Source of the DNA: Octopus sinensis | Lineage: Eukaryota | Direction of reading: 5' to 3' | DNA length: 64,000 nt | NCBI RefSeq assembly: GCF_006345805.1 | Contig: NC_043012.1 | Location: forward strand, 46,314,001 to 46,378,000 | Shown: piece after piece, positions 11,042 through 24,926 of the stretch | Numbering within the stretch: the stretch's first letter is position 1 | Layout of the letters: the number at the start of each line of letters is the position of its first letter | The notes under the pieces: model-generated | The model's database searches: none | What the model was told of the DNA's origin: nothing | What the model saw: only the letters and a program-made list of their open reading frames with translations | Program-made: the position numbers and the translations under genes

Positions 11042-12217
11042 GCCCTGATGCAGTAATAAATGCCCTGATGCAGTAATACATGCCCTGATGCAGTACCAGG
11101 CAGTGGCTCTCATGGCTTCTGATCTTAACTGATTGGAAGTGTTATCATGTACATTGTTTTGTCTTGGTATAAAAGATGGGCTACAGCAAATATTCTGCTC
11201 AATACCACAGATTTGCTTGTCAGTTGTTTGACCTTAACCAGTTGAGCATGTCCCTTAGTGGCTGACGATATGTGCATCTCTGATCACGAGCAGAAGTAGT
11301 GGGGGAGCATCATAGCCATGTGTTGAGAGGGATTCTTTTTGGGGTTTGAATAGTTCACCTCTGGAAACATGGGTGGTTCTTTCAACATCCATAAACAACC
11401 CTTATTCAGGGACAGTTTGAGCGGGATGGGCTACTCAACCTGAAGAAAATTCTAACTGGGCCCCACCTGCAAGGTCATGTGCTGTTTATCTTGATATGAG
11501 ATCATCATGTCGCGCACATATGGTTGTGATGCATGTGCCTGGTGTACCTTTATCAGACGGGTAGTCATGATGGGTATATTGGGCTTCGTATATTTTACCC
11601 CAGTGTCACTTTGATGGCATGAACTGCTCTCTCACTCAATAATAATAATAATAATAATAATAAATGCCCTGATGCAGTACCAGGCAGTGGCTCTCATGGC
11701 TTCTGATCTTAACTGATTGGAAGTGTTATCATGTACATTGTTTTGTCTTGGTATAAAAGATGGGCTACAGCAAATATTCTGCTCAATACCACAGATTTAC
11801 TTGTCAGTTGTTTGACCTTAACTAGTTGAGCATGTCCCTTAGTGGTTGACGATATGTGCATCTCTGATCACGAGCAGAAGTAGTGGGGGAGCATCATAGC
11901 CATGTGTTGAGAAGGATTCTTTGGGGTTTGAATAATTCACCTCTGGAAACATGGGTGGTTCTTTCAACATCCTTAAACAATCCTTATTCAGGGACCTTTT
12001 GAGCGGGATGGGCTACTCAACCTGAAGAAAATTCTAACTGGGCCCCACCTGCAAGGTCATGTGCTGTTTATCTTGATATGAGATCACCATGTCGCGCACA
12101 TATGGTTGTGATGCATGTGCCTGGTGTACCTTTATCAGACGGGTAGTCATGATGGGTATATTGGGCTTCGTATATTTTACCCCAGTGTCACTTTGATGGC
12201 ATGCACTGCTCTCTCAC
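11041..12217 (+). mobile_element. Two tandem copies of a ~555-bp SINE-like retroposon (11080-11637, 11664-12217), separated and flanked by (AAT)n
   Basis: Near-identical copies starting ATGCCCTGATGCAGTACCAGG and ending CTGCTCTCTCAC; no ORF; orientation inferred. Confidence 0.8.
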
Positions 12218-12220
12218 AGA

Positions 12221-12272
<52 letters not shown>

Positions 12273-12273
<1 letters not shown>

Positions 12274-13690
12274 GTGCTTTTCCGGGCACTCCATTCAAAA
12301 GCAAATCTAACATAATAACATCGGTGGAATGGGATAAAGGAACCCGTGGAAGACTTGAAGGAAATGGCATTTTAACAAAAATAGTCATAAAAATGTTACT
12401 ATCATACAAACTACAGTTTCTCTTATGCACGATGTCTGAGTGAGACGTTTGCGAAACACAGACGCGAAATCAAGATCGGAAAGTTTACAAATGATAAAAT
12501 ATAAATGGAAAAAAGCAGTAAGTACATAAACTGTTTAATTACGCATACACTCGAATGTCTACACAATCATATTACATACCCATACATCCCAATGTTTACA
12601 CACCAACGTGAAATTTACAGGGCACACATACACGCATATGAAAATACGTGTCACACACGAACCAAGAATCAAAAAGAAAAAACAAAACAGAAGATTTTGT
12701 AGTTTTCGAACTAGCACAGACAGAGTGAACAATTCATAAATTTAAAAACACCACAAAAATCTATGACTGGAGATAAATCTATCAACAAAAAAAACCAATG
12801 GAGAAAGAATACAGATTTGTTAGTCTTAAGAGGCTACGTTACATGCAATGTTTTCATTCAGAGGATTCGGTGGCGGTGTTGTCTCAAAAAAGTAATCCTA
12901 AACAGATAGATCCGTCCCCTAATGTCAAGCTCCAAGCTCGTCATGCCTCAATGATAAAAAAGCAAAACACAGACCGAAAATCCCCTCTCCCGGATCTCCA
13001 AGGATCCCGTACTCGAATGCTGAACCAAATTGGGTACGAAAAGTCAGCTACTGCTTCAAATATTCCCGAAATACAGGAACTGGAAGTAGCCCACAACCGG
13101 AATATTCCATTAGATGGCCATCCATACTCATCATCAAATAACCAAAAGAAAAATATTGAAAAATCCTCTAGGGAAGAAAATAAAGGAGTTCTTAATGCCT
13201 TCTATCATTCATGCCATGTATTTCTCCACAATTAAATCTGATACCACACAAACATACTTAAACTAGAGACAGAAACACCTTAAAGTAAGAACCTATATAA
13301 ACAGTAACAGACTGCCAGCTTCAGAAGAAACATTATGAAAACGAAATTACTAACTGAATTAGAGATTGACCAAATTAAACAATCAGTACGGGATAAAAGA
13401 AACGAAGTTGCAGCTAAAGAAGATAATACAGAGGGAATAATTATCTCTCAACGATTCTATATAGTGAAAAGAGTAGAAAACGCAACATTCCCACAAAAAA
13501 AACTTACTTAGCAAGAGCGTATTCAACACCAAATTTAGCTACTTAGGTCTGACATAGAATATTTAAGAAACATTCAGTGTGAGAAGACTATCGAACAACC
13601 GAAAATTTAGATTCCTCTAGGAAAAGAACATGTTAAAAAATACCCCCAAAAAGTTTTCTTAAACATTCCCTAGAACAATGCAATATGCAA
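12273..13690 (+). mobile_element. Degenerate 5' portion of an R4/Dong-type LINE
   Basis: Frames give REENKGVLNAFY and RRNIMKTKLLTELEIDQIKQSV, resembling the N-terminal region of R4/Dong ORFs; begins directly after (AAT)n. Confidence 0.5.
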
Positions 13691-14544
13691 AACCAAATTT
13701 ATGACACCTTAGCCATAACAACAACTTGAATTTTTTACTTGTTGTCTCTTGATGTCTCTGGATTAGACTTAGAGTCAACTTGTACAAATAAAAAAGCAAA
13801 AGTGAAACATATAATAAAAATAATAATATTGTTAATAATAATTAGTAATAGCAATAATAGTGAAAGTAATAAATGTAGTAAGAATTCAAAGATAAAATTC
13901 CATAATTGTAAACATAAATGTGGTGTTCGGAAGTTATTGCATGGATATGATAGATTGTGGTATAACCCACCATAGGTTCAAAATTTTTCAATACCATTAC
14001 CCTGCTTCTAGTGCATATGTCAGCATATCAAATAAGCACACCACTAGGTTCTCTGTTTGTACCATGCCTAATCTATACAAAAATTTTGTCGATATTAATC
14101 ACTGTAGTAAGGATAAAAATTCACCCAGCAATAGTAATAGCACGAACCCTAACAGTGTACTCCCTTACGTTCCGTCGATACTAAGCCGCAAGAATTATAA
14201 TAGCAGTGTTAATAGCATTGATGGCAACTATAATGACAGCAGTGGCGGGACTAATTGTAATCACCCTAGAAATAATAACAATAATTATAATGGTCTTAAT
14301 AATGAGTGTAGAAATAATGGTAATCATAATTATACGGTTAATGCTGGCAATTACGTTAATACTGACGTTAATTAATGGCAATGAAAAACGAATGACCATC
14401 ATAAGTTTAACAATTCATATACTAATAATATCAATAACTAATTGTTCTGGTGTCAGTAGTTATAGTAAATTCTTTTGCAATAACTACAGCTGTACTAATA
14501 GTAATACTAATCCCTTCTACTATCGGCGCAATGCCTGAAATCGA

Positions 14545-14700
14545 TCGCAGTGCTTGACTGACATCTATTTCATTGACCTCGAAAGGATTAAAGACAAAGT
14601 CGACCTCGGCGGAATTTGAACTGACAATGTAAAGACGGACGAAATGCTGTTAAGCATTTTGCGTCATCCAAACGATTCTGCCACCTCACCTTCTTATTAA
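14545..14700 (-). mobile_element. tRNA-derived SINE fragment
   Basis: GACCTCGAAAGGATTAAAGACAAAGTCGACCTCGGCGGAATTTGAAC is the reverse complement of a B box (GTTCAAATTCC) plus SINE body. Confidence 0.7.
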
Positions 14701-15829
14701 TAGTAATGGTAATCATATCGAGTATAATGTTTTGAGGGACAGTTGGTAGATTGAGCAGTAATATTGGTGTTTATAGAATGTCTAACACGTGACTTTACTG
14801 ATTATGATTGTGTACCACTTTATGTCGCCCACAATAATCTCAACACGATATTAACTGGTAATGAGATTAAACTCAGGTATTGTAGCGTATTTTAATACTA
14901 ATTATAAATTTATTCGATCATATTTAAGCTACTTTTAGTTCTAATGAAACATACTCATGGCTGTACTTTTGTATAATTTGTATTTTATAAAATTCAATTT
15001 AATAATAATTTGCTGTACCATTAGGTGAGGATATCTTTATATACACGCTTCATTTTGCTTAGTTTTGACCTTAAGAATTCTTAAAATTCTAGTAACATTT
15101 TCTTAATACTCTCCGTATTTTAACACCAATAAAGTAGTGATATAACTTCTACTGAATCTACATGATTTCAATATTTCCACACTATTGACTGAGAGACACG
15201 TTATGATTAACGTTTTCCTTTCATTTATTTTTTGCGGGGTATATTGTTTCTGTTTTTCCTTCTCTAGTCTTTCAATTTGTAACTCAATTACAGCTCACTA
15301 ACTGAGCTCTCTAAATTTCGATATTACCCAACATAAATTTATAAATCTATATCATACTGACATTCATCATTGCCTAAATTAAATTCATTAGTCTAGTATA
15401 AATATTTTTATACCAATACTGTCTGCTCATGTATGTACAGACTTCTATTTGATTTATCTGATTCTGTCTCTATATAAGTATCTATAGTTTATGATTATAG
15501 GCCCCGTGACAATAGATATATCAACACATTCATTGTTTCCGTTTCATTCCACTTCTTATAATTCTCTTCCTGTCTCTCCTCTGAAATTATGCAGTAACCC
15601 TCGTTACTCTACGTTTCTTTAAAATTATGCTCCTTTGATAACTTACTGGATTTCCTTCAATTGAAAGTGATATTCTACTAGTTCTTCAATAATTATTCGG
15701 AGCACTTTAGTCAAGATAACATAAAGAAAGAAATAAGTAATTCTAGGATTTATCAAACATGTCACTCTTTAATATACTAAGCATATAACATAGAGAGTGT
15801 ATGTACTTTTATTCATTTATAATTTGACT

Positions 15830-16010
15830 TGCTTTAGTAATTTGACAGCGGCCATGCAGGAGCACCATATTTGGTCGAGCAAATCAACCCTAAGATTTTA
15901 TCTATGTATGCCTAGTATTTATTCTATCGGTGTCTTTTGCCGAACCGCTAAGTTACGTAAACACACCGGTATCGGTTGTCATGCGATGTTGAGAGAACAA
16001 GCACAAACAC
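15830..16010 (-). mobile_element. SINE 3' fragment
   Basis: GCGGCCATGCAGGAGCACC...ATTCTATCGGTGTCTTTTGCCGAACCGCTAAGTTACG; homologous to 10062-10200. Confidence 0.7.
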
Positions 16011-16180
16011 ACACTCACACACACACATATATGTACGCACGAAGACATTACATCGCTAAAAATTGAAGTCAAAGATACTTCTGTACCACAGAATGCCAAT
16101 AATATCAAATTATTCAAATAGATGTAAAAGGTACCTTCGACTTCTATTTTTAGTGATGTGGGTACTCATGCAGTGCATTC

Positions 16181-16230
<50 letters not shown>

Positions 16231-16234
<4 letters not shown>

Positions 16235-16430
16235 GAAATTTATAGAAACACAGAAAACAAAGACAGGTGTAGAAACAACAAGCAAGTGTATTAGTCAGAC
16301 GCTCAGTAAGACGACAAAGTCTTTTACATTCCGAGCCTACGCTCTTCATCAGGAAAGAACACGATGAAATAAACGGAGAGATAATAGGAAAAAAAAAACT
16401 TTTGAAGTTAGCAGTCAATCATAGCGACCT
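16231..16430 (-). mobile_element. Short PLE-pLTR-like element with a degenerate hammerhead (~16317-16358)
   Basis: Minus strand: TCTTTC CTGATGA A GAGC gtag GCTC GGAA TGT A AAAGA. Stem II perfect, but GAAACGT appears mutated to GGAATGT and stem I is poor. Starts at a (TA)n tract. Confidence 0.45.
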
Positions 16431-16506
16431 ATATATATACATACATACATCCACACAAACACACACACACAGACACACACACACACAGACACACACAGAC
16501 AGACAG

Positions 16507-16538
<32 letters not shown>

Positions 16539-16869
16539 TAGAAGAAATGAGGTACTAAGTTTCATTTGAAAACCCTACTAGAATGGGAGAAAGCGCAAAT
16601 GATCTAAGTGATATGATATATATAAAAAATGTAATATACAAATAAGTATCTGTAAATATAAGCCATCCGATTTTCTGAGTACTTCATTTCTTCTAATATA
16701 TAATACCTGTACATCATCTCCAAACCTTCCAATATATATATATATATATATATAGAAGTACATATTTTGTATATATATATTATTATTATTATTTATTTGC
16801 CTATACGGCTGATAACTCGCTTGCCGCACGGTGTGTGACTGAAAATTTGGTATTCCCTTCAGTTTGAGA

Positions 16870-17220
16870 TTAACCTGACATGTGGTTCGAAGAGGGCGTC
16901 GTTACAGCACATACAGCAAGGACCATAATCCAACTGCTGAAGCATATTTTTAAGGGAAGAATAATTTCCCGTGGTTCTGACATACGCTCGTCATCACGTT
17001 CTCCAGACCTGACGGGTTTTGACAACATCCTATGGTGCAATCTCAAAGAAATAAATATGTTAATGAGCCTTAAGTGCTTCAACAACTTAAGAACAATATT
17101 CGGGCCGAAATTGGAGCACTAAAACCTGAAAAATTAAGAGCTGTCAGAAAATACTGTCGAAAGGGCTCAGTTGTGCGAAGCAGAAAACGGTCGTCACTTA
17201 CGAGATATGATTTTACATAT
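16870..17220 (+). mobile_element. Tc1/mariner transposase C-terminal fragment (WPPRSPDL type)
   Basis: WFEEGVVTAHTARTIIQLLKHIFKGRIISRGSDIRSSSRSPDLTGFDNILWCNLKE matches the WFQQDGATAHTA...WPPRSPDLTPLDFFLWG family pattern; catalytic residues mutated. Confidence 0.75.
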
Positions 17221-19664
17221 ATAGTGTAAATTCATTTTCCATATGCACTGTATATGAGACAAGTGCATTATAAATTTGAGACAGAAACTTAAAGGAATCA
17301 TTACATAATCAAAAACTTTTTGGACTTTTGGCCCAACATATATATGTGTGTGGGTGCGTGTGTTGTGTGTGTGTGTACGGATGTATGTATATATGTGAGC
17401 GCAGGCAGAGTGAGGATTTAGTACAACATAAAACTTTGGATGCTGTAAATAAAAACTGCTACGTTCTCTCTCATATATAGCTGTTCTTTATATGCATAAT
17501 TATCAATTTGTAAACAAAATATAATTAGAATTTATTGTACATTTCCTCCGGTAATATTTAACGCTTATACTTGCATTTTTTTTTCCGGTTAGGAATCTTC
17601 CTGTAACAAATATGCCTGGATCATATTTTTTCACAACGCCATAAATACAATTTTTTTCTGTGTTACTACGTTTTTCAAAGCTTTATTTGCGTATGCAACA
17701 TTTCATAAAATATTTTGTCATAAAATGTCTTGCTTTGGATACATGGTTTTGCCTATTAACTTTCTTTCTGTCTGTCCATTTGAGTGTGTGTGCTTTGTGT
17801 GTGTGTGTATGTATGTGTGTGTGTGTGTAAATACTCATATAATCAAATACACATTCTTGTAAATTCCGAATTCTATTTGTATACTGCTGTCTGTATAATA
17901 TATCATCCGATATCACATTTCAATTCGTTTAAGTTAAAATTCATATTTTTGCGCTGCATATTTCAATTCTGAAAACATATTTCCATGATGTTCTAAAATA
18001 AAAAAAAAGAAAATGCAAAATTCGTATTAAATAAATGAATAGTGATATTTACGAGGTCATCAATTTATTGTGATTTTGAAATATATTCGCCCTTTCAAAT
18101 GCATTATATCTAAATCACAAACAGAAAGGAAATACATATTTAAAAAAAGCAAGCAGTCTATATTCTATGGATGCTAGGGGATAGGTAAAACATGGAATTT
18201 GCAAAACATAGTTCAAATTCTCATTGTTACCGGTCTCTTGTGGTGCTGTTTTAAATATTTCTCTGCAGTTAAGAAAACAAAATATCTCATCAGTCAGTAA
18301 TAATTTACTTATTTCAACAAACTCAGGAGATTCTTCCGGGTGTGTCTGAGTTGTATTCAGCTACTTCAGCTATTTACTTGCTCATCTGTTACAGAAAATG
18401 ACGGCAAGTAGGTGCACAGTACCGTATGCCATTAGAATTTTTAGAAAGTTCCATATTTAAGAAAAAAAAATGGACACATTTAATGTAATTAAATCAAAGA
18501 AGATAGCATGAAAAATGATACTTAAGTTGGTGCTGAAATATTTAAAGTCGTATCAAAAGCTAATTAATTATAATTATGCGATGAGGGAAAGACAACATTA
18601 GATTATTGATTGATACATTATTTTGGCTTGTATAGAAGAAAGCTTTTTGATGTTCACAACATTAAATATATTACCAATGATTTAACTCCGTTTTTGAGAT
18701 TTTTCTCTCAGTGACTCATTTGATTAACTATTCAATTTTTTCGCTAACTCACGAAAAATATGGAAAAATAATCATGTCCCCTAGTACTTGCGCAAGTGCG
18801 GCAATTCAGTCTAATAAGACTGAAATATGGCCGAATATATCCGCGACACATGTCGAAGTAATGGAAATTATATTCAATGAGATAATCTTATCTTTTCATC
18901 ACTACACAATTACTTGTTAATGGCGTTTATATTATACAATGACACAAACACACGCACATTCACGCGTACACACACATTCACGCGTACACACACATTCACG
19001 CGTACACACACACGCACACACACACACACACACATCCACGCACAAACAGAAGGATAGTAACTTGCTTATTGTTTTCGATGCAGATGACGTTCGTAGATGA
19101 TTTTCTGCCATGATTTCTCCATAGTAATTTTTTGATGGTCATAGCGACCTATATATATACATACATACATCCACTTGGCAGTCTGAGGAATTTTTCACTT
19201 GGCAGTCTGAGGAAGGTGAATTGTCTACTTAATATTTCATTTTTCTTTTACTGTTGTTTCTGTTAACCCTCTTGTTTCATTGTCAACCCTCTCAACCCTC
19301 TTGTTTTATACGTATGGGCGAGATAACTGCTTTTATAATTCTTAGTTTATTTTGCATATTTCTTTTCCGTCTTTTCATTGGGTTGAACTAACTTATTAAA
19401 GCTTATCAATTTAATGTTTCAATGTTCAAAATAATCTGTAGTATGGCCTCCTAACATTTGGCTAATATTCCTCTGAAATTTTTTTATTATTGTAGCATAG
19501 CCAAGTTTCTATTAATCCATGCATTCACTATTTCACTTAGAATTAAGTTTAATTTGTCTTTTACTAAAATAATAATTGCGTTTATTTTGATTGCTCAGAC
19601 GCTGGTCGAGCGGATGTTGACATTCTGTTTCAATATTTTATTGATTGCGGATTTGTATGCATAT

Positions 19665-19731
<67 letters not shown>

Positions 19732-19795
19732 ATATATATATATATATATATATATTTAGAAATGGATGCGCGACGTTCAATTAAATAATAATGTA

Positions 19796-20554
<759 letters not shown>

Positions 20555-20560
20555 CATATG

Positions 20561-21056
20561 CATATATTGGTACAGGACGTCGCTTACCGTGTAAACAGCA
20601 TGAGGTACGAAAACGAACGAGTTAAATACACAAACAACGAGAGAAAAAGTGAAAAATAGGACAATTAAACACAGAGAACGACCCTTCATCAGTTGTCGGC
20701 TGAATATATTTCTCTCAGCGTTCAATACGTTCCTCGCATTTTGGTCTAACGACTCTCCATGTTTGCTTTCTTTCGGTCTCTTTGTATGTCTCCACTGTCC
20801 TGTCTTTGTCCCCAACTTTGACCCTCCATAAATCCAAAATTTTATTTTGGAATTTGTGGGTGCAACTGTCTGTGAGACTCAAATTGTTGTTGAATGCTCG
20901 AAATGAGGAGTAGATAGACAGCCGAAATTGATGAAGGGTCGTTCTCTGTGTTTACTTGTCCTGTTTTCCATTTTCTCTCGATGTTTGCGTATTTAACTCG
21001 TCGTTTTCGTACTCCATGTTGTTTACACAGTTGGCGACGTCCTGTACCCATATATG
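20561..21056. mobile_element. Fold-back/MITE-like element with ~140-bp imperfect inverted arms in (TA)n
   Basis: CATATATTGGTACAGGACGTCGC...GACCCTTCATCAGTT mirrors AATTGATGAAGGGTC...GCGACGTCCTGTACCCATATATG. Confidence 0.8.
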
Positions 21057-21607
21057 CATGTATGTATGTATTCATACACACATACATCAATCCATCCATA
21101 TATATTTATATATATATAATATATATATAATTAATCAATATAGGGTGGCAAAAAAATTCAGCAGAAATTATTTGCCACCAGCGGCCTAGTAGGAAAAAAG
21201 TAAATAGTCAGAGACAGGGTAAATGTTTTTAAAATTTTCTCCTGGTTTACGGAATTAATATTGTTTGCGGTTGAAGCCTTGGCTGCTATTTCTAGTGGGT
21301 TGAACGGCCTATTATGGCCGTTCCTAAATTTTGCTAACCCAATCGAGAGAACAATGAAGAAACAGATACGAAAAATACAACCTCCGAAATTGTCGAAAAC
21401 CTTGGAAACTTATGCGAAACAATTAGAACATTTTTCTCTAACAACGCTAACCAAGGACCTCCAAACGCGTCAATATATGGGATCAATACTCTAACAACAT
21501 ACCAAATGAAACACCACATAATACCACAATGGAACAAACACTCAGAGATAGAAAGTTCGCCTTTTGGAAGATGATCCAAAACAACAACAAGCGGATATAT
21601 ACGAAAA

Positions 21608-24600
21608 ATGGCTCAACGGACCCCGTTAATCCTCCCACGTAAATTCCAGTTCAAAGCTATTACAGAAGAACCTGAAACACAAAGACACCTCAGGGAGAGA
21701 ATGGCACTGGAAAAAATGAAAATGGAAATAGAACTTCTGAAATTGAGGGCCCAAACGACTGAGGATAAAATAAAATCCACCGATGAAGATATCAACGAAG
21801 AAATTCGCAAAATGACCCAAGGCCCAGATCAAGAGAAGTTCTCCAAACTATGGAAAGAGGACTGTGAAAAAGAAGAACTAAAATCTCTCCAACGCTGGGA
21901 GAAAAGCGCCACTTGGTTCTCAGACTATGAAGCCGTCTTTCAAACAGAGCACGCCTCCAACAACCCTTTCCAGAAAATAAGAAAACCAAAACAACACCCA
22001 AACACCGATACACACCTGTCTAAAAATCGGAACCTTCACTACTATCAAAAAAAAAAAAAAAAAAAAAAAAAAAAGAATACAGGACCTAACCCTAACTCTG
22101 TAAGCAGCCAGCGATACAATATCAGGAATACCCCCACTTCAAGCAGAGAAAGGATAAATCAACACCCACAGCATAGACACTGCAACCTCATCCCCACCCA
22201 AAGGAGTTACCAACGAAATCTTCGTCCCATTAACCGGTTAAAACAACCATGCACAACAAACCCACACCACTTGCAATGATTACCAACGAAGGCCTCCTAG
22301 AACACCACACCCGAATATGGGATATCGGGATGCTCTCCTCAATACTGCTCCAAGAACACACACCATAAATCACAACAGGAGACCCCTAATCAACAAAGAA
22401 CAACTATATACTAGTTACCGTCCCAACCACCGCATTCATTTTTTAGACCCAATACGCAAACACAGAGACACAAGATAGCACCAAACAAGCAGGAGGAACC
22501 AAAAATAATAAAAATTATTAATATAACTCACAAGGAACTAACAGCAAACCAAATAAACATACTTTCAAAGGACTCAAGTTTACACCCACCCCACAACACC
22601 CCAACTACAAAAATGAAAGAAGACATCGCAGAATTCTGCAGAAAATTAAGACTTACTGAGGAGCTATACGATAAATACAACGAGGACGAATCGTTAGCCA
22701 GAAATAGGAGTAACTACACCCCCTCGAAAGGTAAGAATAAACACTTGATGATTTCTGTGACCACATATCAAATTACCCATATCAACATATGCACAAACAA
22801 AAACACAAACCAAACTTCAGCAAAAAAGAATGGGCTGAGTTGAACAAATTAAAACTAGATAAAACAATAACAATCAAAGAGGCCGATAAAGGGAGTGCTG
22901 TTGTCTTAATGGATACGACATTTTACATAACTTTGGTACTTTCTATGCTGGAAGACACAACATACTATGAAAAGGCACAAAACTACAGTCAACAAAAAAT
23001 AATGAGGGAACTAAAATCCATATTAAACCATACAAAGCAGGGCTCACCGACAAAGAATATGATTATATGACCAATTTCACAAGTAAAACTAGCCAATTCT
23101 ACGGTATACCTAAGATCCACAAAAGTGAAAAAATAAGCAACGCATGCAAGATAGCTACAGACAAAATAATTAAAGTCCCTAATCCTAATGACCTCAAATT
23201 GAGACCCATAATAGCAGGTCCCGCATGCGAAACCCACCGCCTCAGTAACCTTTAGACACCCTGTTAAAACCACTCCTCAAACATGTCAAAAGCTATATAA
23301 GGGACGACTTAGATATGCTCAATCACCTACCGAATACTATAAACAAAAACACCATACTGGTATCCTTCGATGTAGTCAACCTCTACTCCAATATCCCCCA
23401 CAAACTAGGACTAGAGGCAATCCAATTCTGGCTAGAGAATCATGCCAACGAACTACCACCCGCATCAAAAAGAATTTGTGATAGAAGGGGTTAAATTCAT
23501 CCTGGAAAATAACTTCTTCGCCTTCAATGACAACTTCTACCGACAAAAATCGGGGACTGCGATGGGTACACGAATGGCCCCCCCTTTGCCAACCTAGTCA
23601 TAGGATACCTAGAGATCAGTCTGTATCGTAAGGTTCTAGAAAGATATGGCAGCCCTTTCTCCATCTACATAGAAAACAACTGGAAGAGATATCTAGATGA
23701 CTGTTTCATCCTTTGGCATAAAAATATAGAAAAACTCATAGAATTCCAGAAAACTTTAAACGGACTGGACGTAAACATCCAATTCACGATGGAATATAGC
23801 CAACAACAACTCCCCTTCCTCGATATCCTCATTAAGAAAGCTAATAATATAATAGAAACAGACATATACTATAAGCCTACAGACTCTAAGCAATATCTTC
23901 CATTCAATTCATGCCACCCCAGACACACCAGGATGAATATCCCCTTCAGTCTAGCAAAAAGGATATGCACTATAGTCTCTAACGCAAACACAGAGACACA
24001 CGACTACAAGAACTAAAAGATACCCTAATCACCAGGAACTATCCACCTTCACTTATTGACAAGTGCATTCAACGTGCCCTTCAACTTAACATCAAGGAAC
24101 TGAGACATCCCAAATCCAAGAAAAACTTACAACCAAAAGCCTTACCATACATCTCCACACACAACCCTCTCAATAACGAAGCCTTCGACACCATCCTCCA
24201 CACATACCCCTCCTAAAAAAAGACCACAGAATGAACACAATCCTCCAAACACACACGATCATAAAAAGCAAAAGACAGCCTAGATCCATGAAAAGTCTCC
24301 TTACACAAGCCCGAATTCACTCTTCAACACAGAAGCCGACAGTAAAAAAATGTGGAAGACCCAATTGCGGATATGCGACTATCTTATTGAGGGATCAGAG
24401 TTCTCCTTCAAACAGGGACAACGGTTTACAGTGAAAAGCAACTTCACATGTGCTTCGGAGAACCTAATATACTCACTAACCTGCTCCGGGTGTCAAGAGC
24501 AGTACATAGGCCAAACAAAAAATGGTTTGCGTAAACGAATGGCCCTGCACAGATCCCAGATAAAAATTCCCCAAAACAGAAAAATAGCTTTTAGCCAACG

Positions 24601-24757
24601 CATAGATACTTGCGCCAACAAAAAAACACCAAACTTCAGAATTTTCCCCCTCTACCAATTTAGGGACGATACAACCTCAAGACAACGAATAAGTAAAGAA
24701 AATCTCTTTATTACAAAATACAAGCCACTTCTTAACGGGTCTACGACAAACAATTAA
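21608..24757 (+). pseudogene. Frameshifted PLE polyprotein: N-terminal extension, reverse transcriptase, GIY-YIG endonuclease
   Basis: Motifs IKEADKGSAVVLMD, FYGIPKIHK, LRPIIAGP, LVSFDVVNLYSNIP, GTAMGTRMAP, WKRYLDDCFILW, LPFLDILI, YYKPTDSKQYLPFNSCHP, and NLIYSLTCSGCQEQYIGQT...RMALH (GIY-YIG). Several frameshifts. Confidence 0.9.
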
Positions 24758-24889
24758 TATACCTCAACTTTAGAATAAAAGAAAAATATATATACACACA
24801 CAAATATTACACTCCATAGAATCCATTACTAATCAGCCCCTTCATAGCTATATTTACACCCATTCATATTCTCCCTTCTCTGTTTTTTT

Positions 24890-24890
24890 T

Positions 24891-24926
<36 letters not shown>

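Noticed and set aside
11260-11460. CTGACGA and CTGAAGA in the tandem SINE-like element
   Set aside because: No stem II-GAAA arrangement follows either word.
13739-14538. Overlapping 110-151 aa Asn- or Ile-rich ORFs
   Set aside because: Degenerate AAT-rich low-complexity DNA that is open in several frames by composition.
19170-19235. CTGAGGA-AGGT-GAATTGTC hammerhead-like words
   Set aside because: No stem II and no GAAA.
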